Part shown: piece after piece, positions 54,999-64,000 of the stretch
Layout of the letters: each line of letters starts with the position of its first letter
Numbering within the stretch: position 1 is the stretch's first letter
Assembly (NCBI GenBank): GCA_964016885.1
Contig: OZ024743.1
Coordinates: 37,820,001-37,884,000, forward strand
Origin: Eledone cirrhosa
Taxonomy: Eukaryota
Reading direction: 5' to 3'
DNA: 64,000 nucleotides
Translations under genes and position numbers: made by a program
Notes under the pieces: model-generated
Database searches by the model: none
Seen by the model: only the letters and a program-made list of their open reading frames with translations
Told to the model about the DNA's origin: nothing

Positions 54999-56061
54999 AT
55001 ATATATGTATATATATATACGCATACATACATACATATATATATATGTGTGTGTGTGGGTGAGTATACAGCTGTTTATTGAGATATATTATATCTCAATA
55101 AACAGATGAAATATTGTAGTTCTATAGGTTATGAAGATTTTCCAGGGGTTGTTCACCTCCCAGCACGCTTTAAGTCACCATCTGATATTTAAGAAAAACT
55201 GAAATCATCTTACATTATGTCAGTTAAAGTAATAAAAATGGAAAGACACATACAATTGGAGATGTTATTAGTGTACTAGTCATAAAATAAGGACTTTGAA
55301 CCTATTCTTAAGATATTTCCTCCGAATAACAATGCAACAAAGATATTTGGTATTACCGACAATAATTCTCTACTTATCAACTTCAGCTAACCGATTAAAT
55401 TTATGTAAGTTATGAGTTCAGAAGGATAATTATTATATATCATTGATTTGAATTTTGATATTTATTGCAGTTTCTATTAAAAAGCTGAATCAATATAATT
55501 ATTCAGTGATGAAGGAAAACAATACATCATATTATTCAATATTAATTAATTACTTAGTTACTATTTTTTACGTTCTAAGTTCGTGATATTTTCAGAGAGG
55601 ACAACATATAGTCCCCGTCAAATGTTGGATTCCATGTAATCTGCTAAACCTGCCCGGGTCTGTGAAGCTGTGTACCTCTGATACAAATGCGTATTAGTTT
55701 ATTTGTTCTCACCACAAGCAAGAATATACTCTGGACATATGTATATATGTACAACCATGAACATTTAGTTACCGATCCTTACTGATTTCGCATAACAATT
55801 TCGGCAGGTGGTATGAAGACTACACCACACTGGTTTAGTCATAATACGAAGGAAAGATGGCTTCTGTATATGCTGAAATAATTAAAACAGTATTAATCCT
55901 CCAGATCTCATACACCGTAAGAATTTCTAGCTTGCTTTGTTATACATCTTTTGTCAATAAACACACACATGCCGAAACAAATAAACAAAGGCATACAGAC
56001 AAACAAAGAAACACACATACACTCACACACACAGACACACAGACACCTACACACACACACA

Positions 56062-57524
56062 TATATATATATAAAACTGGGGTTGTCTGTCTGTCTGTCT
56101 GTCTACTAAAACGGTCGGCACACATCTCCTCCTAACTCGTACGTTCAAATTTCGGTCAAGTTGCTACACTTATAGATGAAGGACCGGCGTAGACATCGGT
56201 GAAAAAAATTTTAAAATCGACCCACGCCAAGTGCAAAAATGGAATTTGTAATGTATTGATTTTTCAGTTCAAATGTATAAATAGAGATGAGAGACGAATT
56301 ATTTCCCTTTTATGGCGCCATTTGCTTATCTATTTATGTTACGTATAAACGACGCGTGCAAAAGTACAAAAATACGCAAATAACTTTCGTGCCAGCAAAA
56401 TTTTCACCTGCAAAATTCATGAGTTCAAAATTTCAACATTAAGCTTCAATTTTGCTTCATTTCCATTAAAAAATCTTTTAAAACAATATTTTTACTTGAA
56501 AACAAGCCTATTTGAATACACCGTAAAACAAGCAAATATTTTGTAAAAAAAGCATTCATCTCGAATAAAGCCTTATGAGATTTTCATTTAGAAGCTATGA
56601 TTTTAAACGACAGACAGATAACGCATTTTTTCTATTTTTATTTCATGTCCATCCAATTTCTTTGTTTCAAAATAACTGATAGTTTGGTTACGCTGATGTT
56701 TTTCTCTGAGACAACTGTTGCAGTGTTTATATTTTCGATGTGTTAATAGATTACCAGTGCAGTTTTTATCCCCAGCATCTTCTTTTGTTTTAACTTTCGG
56801 GTTATGGTTATGTTTTCTTAACTTCATAAGACATACTGTTGGTTGAGGGAATATTAATCAAAAGTACCACATGGAAGTCTACACTGTCGACTCTACAGTT
56901 TTTAAGCCAAGAAAGGAACTTGACATTGTAACTTTAACACAGCTACTAAGCAGCCCCGAGCAACGCCGGGCTTTACTGCTATAGGCGATAACGTTGTGCA
57001 GACAGACAGTCGTGCAGAGAAGTGATATAGGCGATAAAGTTATGCAGTCACACAGTCGGACTGATAGACGATGGAGGCATGCAGACAGACAGTCGTGCAG
57101 AGAGATGATATAGGCGATAAAGTTGTGCAGACAGACAGTCGTGCACAGAGGTGATAGGCGATAAAATTGCATTTTTTGTTTGTTTTTCATGTCCATTCAA
57201 TTTCTTTGTTTCAAAATAACTGATAGTTTGGTTACACTGATGTTTTTCTCTGAGACAACTGTTGCAGTGTTTACATTTTCGATTTGTTAATAGATTACCA
57301 GTGCAGTTTTTATCCCCAGCATCCTCTTTTGTTTTAACATTCGGGTTATGGTTATGTTTTCTTAACTTCATAAGGCATACTGTTGGTTGAGGGAATATTA
57401 ATCAAAAGTACCACATGAAAGTCTACACTGTAGACTCTACAGTTTTTAAGCCAAGAAAGGTACTTAACATTGCAACTTTAACATAGCTACTGAGCAGCCC
57501 CGAGCACGCCGGGCTTTACTGCTA

Positions 57525-57525
<1 letters not shown>
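56062..57525 (+). mobile_element. Non-autonomous Helitron with duplicated 3' end and internal minisatellite
   Basis: 5' TATATAAAA..(GTCT)n; 3' GC-rich hairpin CCCGAGCA(A)CGCCGGG followed by CTAG|T at 57522-57526. Positions ~56620-56980 are repeated at ~57165-57525. Confidence 0.8.
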
Positions 57526-57560
<35 letters not shown>

Positions 57561-57565
<5 letters not shown>

Positions 57566-58137
57566 TAAGTTAAGCAAAACAAGACCACAATTTTCACAAG
57601 GAAGACATTATTAAAAGATTGTCAACATATTTAGTTTGATGTAAGGAATGTAGAGAATAATAATAATAATAATATTAATAATAATAATAATGCCCATTTA
57701 CAATTGTTTCGCTACTCCGTATAATATTTCTGGATCAGATGACTATGTATCATAATTGATCTGGTTCAGTTGAAAATAATTAACATATTTAAAAAAACAG
57801 AGTGGCTCATCGGAACTCAAATGAATATAAATTAAAATAATGTGACATAATATAATGTTCCATATATTAGTTTTTACTATGGTGCCTTTGTTTCATCAGC
57901 TGTGAGCCATAATCAAGTTAATTATTTTCAACTGAACCAGATCAATTATGATACATAGTCATCTGATCCAGAAATATTATACGGAGTAGCGAAACAATTG
58001 TAAACGGGCATTATTATTATTATTAATATTATTATTATTATTCTCTACATTCCTTACATCAAACTAAATATGTTGACAATCTTTTAATAATGTCTTCCTT
58101 CTGAAATTTGTGGTCTTGTTTTGCTTAACTAATGAAT
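57561..58137. mobile_element. Fold-back element (arms 57561-57784 and 57917-58137) with a hammerhead-like motif (family D)
   Basis: ~220-bp near-perfect arms next to (TA)n. Minus strand reads CCGATGA-GCCACTCT...GGAGTAGC-GAAA-CAATTG-TA. Confidence 0.75.
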
Positions 58138-58314
58138 ATTTCCAGCTCTGCGCACCTAACCTCTGCATGAACCCAGCCACCTAGCTGCTTTCTACTGCAT
58201 ATTGCACATTGAGCACATACCTTTACGCTTTGGCTTCTAACTAACTCGCCAATCTTTCCTCTCATATCTCCTCTACTATCTCAATCTCTCTCTTTAAGAT
58301 TGGTTACTCTTGAA

Positions 58315-58417
<103 letters not shown>

Positions 58418-60789
58418 CTTGTGTATGCGTGTGTGTGTATTTGTTAACAGCCGCTTAACTGTTGTTTTTATGCGGATGCGCTTCCTGAGTTATTTCTATA
58501 TTTGAACAACACCTTCGTTTGAAAGCTCCTATGCTTTTCAAAGCCAGTAGTTCATGTGGTTCTTTGTATCTGATATTTTCCTTCAGAACGTAGAGAAAAG
58601 TTCTGTTCACTTCTTTTGATATAGCTTTTATAAAACGTTTGAAATATTATTTGAAATGTTTCTATATTGGCGTAAAACACACATTATTTCTCATATAGCA
58701 TGCGTCAGCATTTCAGTGCTTCATGTGATTCGATATTTGACCGTAACTGTGATGCTTCTCAGCAGTATGTAATGCGGGCTTGGGTTGTACGTGTGGGTAA
58801 AAGTCTTTGATTTCAGAGGGGAAAGTGGTTGTAGAAAAATATTAATATTTATAACGAGATATTATGCAAAGTAGTACAGGTTAATGTATGTTTCATCATC
58901 GTTTGCCTCAGATGAATAATTGTATCGTTTCCAACGTGCTTTCGAACAAGAAATACATCCATATTTCGGGCTATGAATTTCTGAAGCCAAGGAAATGAAA
59001 TGTCATAATGAAATATAAAACCCAAATATACAAAATTATAGATAATCTATCACACTTGACTCGAGTATAGTTAAATATAATATGTAATTGTAACAATCAC
59101 CCGGTGTGTTGCTTCTACGCATTTATTTATATACAGCCTATACACAGGCCCGACAGATATGTGTGGAAGGTAGACCTGTATGATTTGGCTCTTGATTTTG
59201 TGAGGGCCTTCGCTCCCTAACTTTTAGATATTTTGTACACTATTTACAATTCCAGTAAATGTACATCCACATAAACCATAAACACATCATATGTATTTAG
59301 CTATGATTAATAGACTTTAATGAGCATGTTGATATGGAGTCTGAATTTTACGCCAGGTCTTGGCTAATTAGTAGATTTGCCTACGTATATTTAGTACAAA
59401 ACTTCCCACCGTTCAACCAGAGGTAATGTATAGAGTATAAGTGTCGATATCAGCTTTATTATCTATGCGCCTTATGCAGAGAAAATTAATATGAGTAAAG
59501 CATATGTACGACCAAGCGGTATAGGTTCATTTATGATTAAATATCAACTAAAATAACAATCAAATAGCATAAAACACAAACTTTCCCATCATCCACGAAA
59601 CTAAAGAAATTGCAACCTCCCATCTAATCTAATAATAAAATATACGCTTTAATGTTGTCACATGTCAGAAATGTGTGTAAACATTATTTTTCCCATATTA
59701 TTTTTTAGGCTAGCCATAATATTGATGGAATATTGGTTTCCAACATTGGAACCAAATATCAAAATTTTGGAAAGAGTTAATTTGAATTAGATGCAATGCT
59801 CTAAGATCAATTTTTTAATGGCACGAGTCCATGATAAAGAGGTGTCAATTCAGACATAAATTTTCTACGTGGCGTTCCCGATTCCGCCTTCCACTGCCAT
59901 TAGCAAATTAATAATAATCTCATTACATTGATAAATATTCGTTGAAAATCACTTCATTTTGATCTATGAGAGCGAAAACACATTGAAGAGAATCTATGGA
60001 TACACGCATGGAAAGTGTTTGAAATTGAATATTGAGTTTCGAAAAATTCTGAAGTGAAAATTTCTCTGCTTCTAAATATTAATTCGAAATTATCTTCAAA
60101 GTATTTCATAGATTTATTTTTTAATCATTCTATTATATTGAGATCTATGTTTGATGTCATATGGCAGTTGTTAAGAAAGAAAGCTTTTTAAAATTTAATT
60201 TCCATGCCCAGAAATGAAATTGCATTTTCATGAGATTTTGAAATCATATATCTGGTATTTTATTTCTTAGTTTTATTTACATATCTTAGATAACATTTCC
60301 GTAAGCCCGATGTATTCGTAATTTACTTTCAACATCAATTGAGATAACATGCCTTTGATAAACATCTAGTGACACACATATAATATATAAGGTTTTAATT
60401 GCATTTCAATTTAAGAAAGAAATTTAACGCGGAGATTTAATAATGGTATTTTTTTTTATCTTCATGTCATTCAAATATATTATTTCGTGGAAAAGCTAGT
60501 ACGGCTTAAAGAGAAAGCTATTATAAATCGATGAAATCAATGAAATGGAAGTTATGTAAATAGGATTACCACATAGTAAACCACTAAATATTGATATATT
60601 CTAAGTTTGATAAATGATGGACTTTGGGTCCGACAACGATGCATGGTGTCTTAACACCTGATTGAGTCGTAGAACGCCGGGGTGATACATGCCGTATTTA
60701 GGGTATTTACGTCAAGCGGAGCCCACCCGTATCTAGTTCTGAACACAACAGAAATTTCCCTCAGAGAGATGTAGAGAAAGTAGGTGTGG

Positions 60790-60792
<3 letters not shown>

Positions 60793-60872
<80 letters not shown>
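60793..60872. repeat. (AG)n microsatellite
   Basis: Direct reading. Confidence 0.95.
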
Positions 60873-60876
<4 letters not shown>

Positions 60877-60914
60877 AGTGAAGTAAGAAATAAATAGACT
60901 GGAAGAATCGATCC

Positions 60915-61050
60915 AGCAGTTGATAGACAGACCCCGAAATGATTAAAGGCAAAGTTGAGTTGGGCGGCATTTGACCTGAGAGGGCAGAGAACGGGATTGA
61001 ATACCGAAAAGTCTATCTAATGTTCTAAAACGCCTGCACATTCGCAGCCT
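60915..61050 (-). mobile_element. Old, highly diverged SINE copy
   Basis: GACCCCGAAATGATTAAAGGCAAAGTTGA..GCGGCATTTGACCTGAG matches the family core and B-box. Confidence 0.55.
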
Positions 61051-61649
61051 TATAGGTACGATATCCAACGAAATAAATCTATTTTGCTGAGATTAATATG
61101 ACCCTTAGCGTAATAAGATAAGTGTATTTACTCCGGAAGGAATGTTGAATAGTAGAAAGCTAATACGCAGTATTATATAATTCAATGTCATTGTGACCAG
61201 CCAGTCTGGAACCAATTGAAAATAGATTGTTAAGTAAGCTATGTTAGCATACGTAGTGGTTATTTTATTAAGTAAAACAAGAAATTGAAGTATAAGGTAA
61301 AAGATATTCTGCTACTATAAATATAATTGACATGACAGGATTTCAAAGAAGGCCTGTGAAGAATTGTATGCATTATTGACAGAAATATGGTACTCCTTAA
61401 TACATTAATCCAAATATATTTTAAGCTAAAACAACTGCTACCATATATTGCTGAATGTGACATGAAACACAATACGGTATTAATAAATTATGAAATTCTG
61501 AACTATCAACAGCTAGTTCTTCAAATTAGTTTCTGTATTTTTTTATGTTTGTATATGTTTGTGGTATATGCGGGCATCCTAAAGAGAAGCGCCTCATTTA
61601 AATATATTCTTTAAAAAATATATTCTTTAAAAAAACCCATTTATCTTCC

Positions 61650-62118
61650 ACTACGTGGTAGATGTGGTTCCTCCGAATGGTCCCTGTAATAACGTTATTG
61701 AAGACAGTGCGTAGCTGGGAGATCAGAGAATATCACAAGGTGGAACATCTGATTTGTCAAATAGTAAGAATGCAAATCCGTTACTACAGACATGTGTTTA
61801 AAATATGTTTGGCTATAATTGGTGGGTAGATTTTACGTAGAAAACCAGGCGGCAGGAGATGCAGAGGTAAACCGTGGCCTAGATGGTAGGATAGCATTCA
61901 TCTCACTTTGAGATCCCACCAGATCAGTTGGAGATGGTTGCTTCTGATAAGACCCTCGGATAGGAAGGAGGAGTCTGAAGACTATGCTCTAGCGATAGGC
62001 TACACCCAGGAATATGTGGGCGTAGAAGAAGAAGAAGAAGAAGAAGAAGAAGAAGAAGAAGAAGAAGAAGAAGAAGAAGAAGAAGAAGAAGAAGAAGAAG
62101 AAGAAGAAGAAGAAGAAG

Positions 62119-62148
<30 letters not shown>
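61650..62148 (+). mobile_element. 3' relic of an RTE (Expander/Rex3-like) LINE ending in a long (GAA)n tail (62024-62148)
   Basis: Remnants FLRMV, VRSWEIRE..KVE.L, QIRYYRHV, RGKP.PRW.DSI, EIPPDQLEMVASD match the RTE C-terminus pattern. Confidence 0.7.
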
Positions 62149-62149
<1 letters not shown>

Positions 62150-62302
62150 GTATAGCATCTCCACTAATTTCCATCTGACTCATCTCACACACACATACAT
62201 GCGCGAAAACATGTGCCCATACCCAGCCACACACAGACACACGCCTCCCGCATCGTAGTCACTTAAACAGTTTCGGTGACTTCTGTGATCTCTCTCTCTC
62301 TC

Positions 62303-62349
<47 letters not shown>

Positions 62350-62425
62350 ATATATATATACGAACATATGCACACACACACACGCACAACACACACATAT
62401 ATATATATACATGTATATATACATA

Positions 62426-62486
<61 letters not shown>

Positions 62487-62610
62487 TTCAAGGGTATATA
62501 TATATATAAATTAGACAAAGTCATAAATACATATATGCGTTTGGCAACCATTCACAGTGTGGCTCAATGAAGAATTAATTAAATAATTATTTATCAGAGC
62601 AATTTATAAT

Positions 62611-63027
62611 TCATTAGATAAAATATATACAATATTTCCTCTCCCAATTACTATAAATTGACCACACAAAAAATCATTTAAACGAGGCTATAAGTTTAAC
62701 ATGTACTTATGAAGAAATAATAGATAAATGATATAGATACTTTTCCGCGATGTACAAGTACATGACATCTACCTAGTATTTCTCCTAGCCTGTAGAAATT
62801 GACTAGACAAATAGTTAACTACACATTCAACTAGTCAATTTCTACAGGCTAGGAGAAATACTAGGTAGATGTCATATAGTTGTACATCGCGGAAAAGTAT
62901 CTATATCATTTATCTATTATTTCTTCATAAGTACATGTTAAACTTATAGTTTCGTTTAAATGAATTTTTGTGTGGTTAATTTATACTTTATTGGGAGAGG
63001 AAATATTGTATATATTTTATCTAATGA
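62611..63027. repeat. Fold-back inverted repeat (arms 62611-62806 and 62831-63027, 24-bp loop) between (TA)n tracts
   Basis: ~196-bp arms with roughly ten differences. Confidence 0.9.
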
Positions 63028-63041
63028 TTCTTTGGACTTAC

Positions 63042-63107
<66 letters not shown>

Positions 63108-63441
63108 AGAGAGAAAGAGACGATTAAGAGGAAGAAAAATATATTTTTTACCTTTTTTCTGTCTGTCTCTCTCTTTTTTCTGGGTTAGAAAATGATTAAA
63201 ACGAAATGTTTTACTTTGTGTGAAGTGTTAAGGTATTAGTTGATTTATTTATTATTTAACAATGGCATTTATTTATCTATTTATATATTTAATTATTGTC
63301 TATTACCGGTTTCTGCATTTATATGCATTATCAAATGATAGTGAAATGTATTAGTGTGGTGTTGCACATGAAAAGAGAGAGAGACACACAAAAAAAGGAA
63401 AAAACAAATTTACTTCCTCATAATCGTCTCTTTCTCCACGT

Positions 63442-63499
<58 letters not shown>

Positions 63500-63519
63500 T
63501 AACTCGTGTGCCTCCTCTC

Positions 63520-63567
<48 letters not shown>

Positions 63568-63662
63568 CGGCGATGAATTAGTTTAGCGAGGTTTTTTATA
63601 TGAAATCTTGTGTTATTAATTCTGGCAATATTACAAAAATATGACCCTCCCCAAGTATAACA

Positions 63663-63715
<53 letters not shown>

Positions 63716-64000
63716 TATCATATGTGTATCTATGAGCACGTATATATTTAATTCAAAATTGCATTAGATTATAAGTCCCATTCCTGCTTTGTTTTGTCTA
63801 ATAAATCACTTTCTTCGCTAGGTGCAAGGTGCCTCGACATACCCATTTGATAACCAAATGCTGATAACCAACTGCATTTACTATCTAATGAAGTGGATTC
63901 GTGGTATCATTAGTCCACAGGACAAGTTGTGTTACCACATGTGTGCTGGCTGTATGCATTCTGAGATAAATTCATACTCTAGCATAATCCATCTCCTGAT

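Noticed and set aside
56980-57165. CRISPR-like repeat array
   Set aside because: Units are tandem minisatellite copies without unique spacers; the context is eukaryotic and there are no cas genes.
61908-62258. Poly-Glu and poly-Phe ORFs
   Set aside because: They are the (GAA)n tail of an RTE relic.

Overview
AT-rich eukaryotic intergenic or intronic DNA. The repeat landscape is most consistent with a coleoid cephalopod such as Octopus (inference, not provable from sequence alone). No host protein-coding exon, rRNA or true tRNA gene is recognisable, and most six-frame ORFs are translations of (TA)n/(CA)n microsatellites. The core (12.5-40 kb) is a dense retroelement nest built on microsatellite landing pads. 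It holds a rearranged Penelope-like element (RT plus C-terminal GIY-YIG), two near-full-length RTE-clade LINEs (one ending in three C2H2 fingers), one near-intact and two partial R4/Dong-type LINEs, and a chain of short RTE-derived non-autonomous elements. Elsewhere are tRNA-derived SINE copies, a non-autonomous Helitron with a duplicated terminator, a hAT-type MITE and relic LINE/Tc1 fragments. The most notable signal is a set of fold-back (inverted-repeat) insertions in (TA)n tracts that carry hammerhead ribozyme motifs from several unrelated sequence families. These include a covarying minimal type I hammerhead present on both strands of a hairpin, and hammerheads with ~90-105 nt extended stem II. 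All structures were folded by eye and coordinates are approximate to a few bases.
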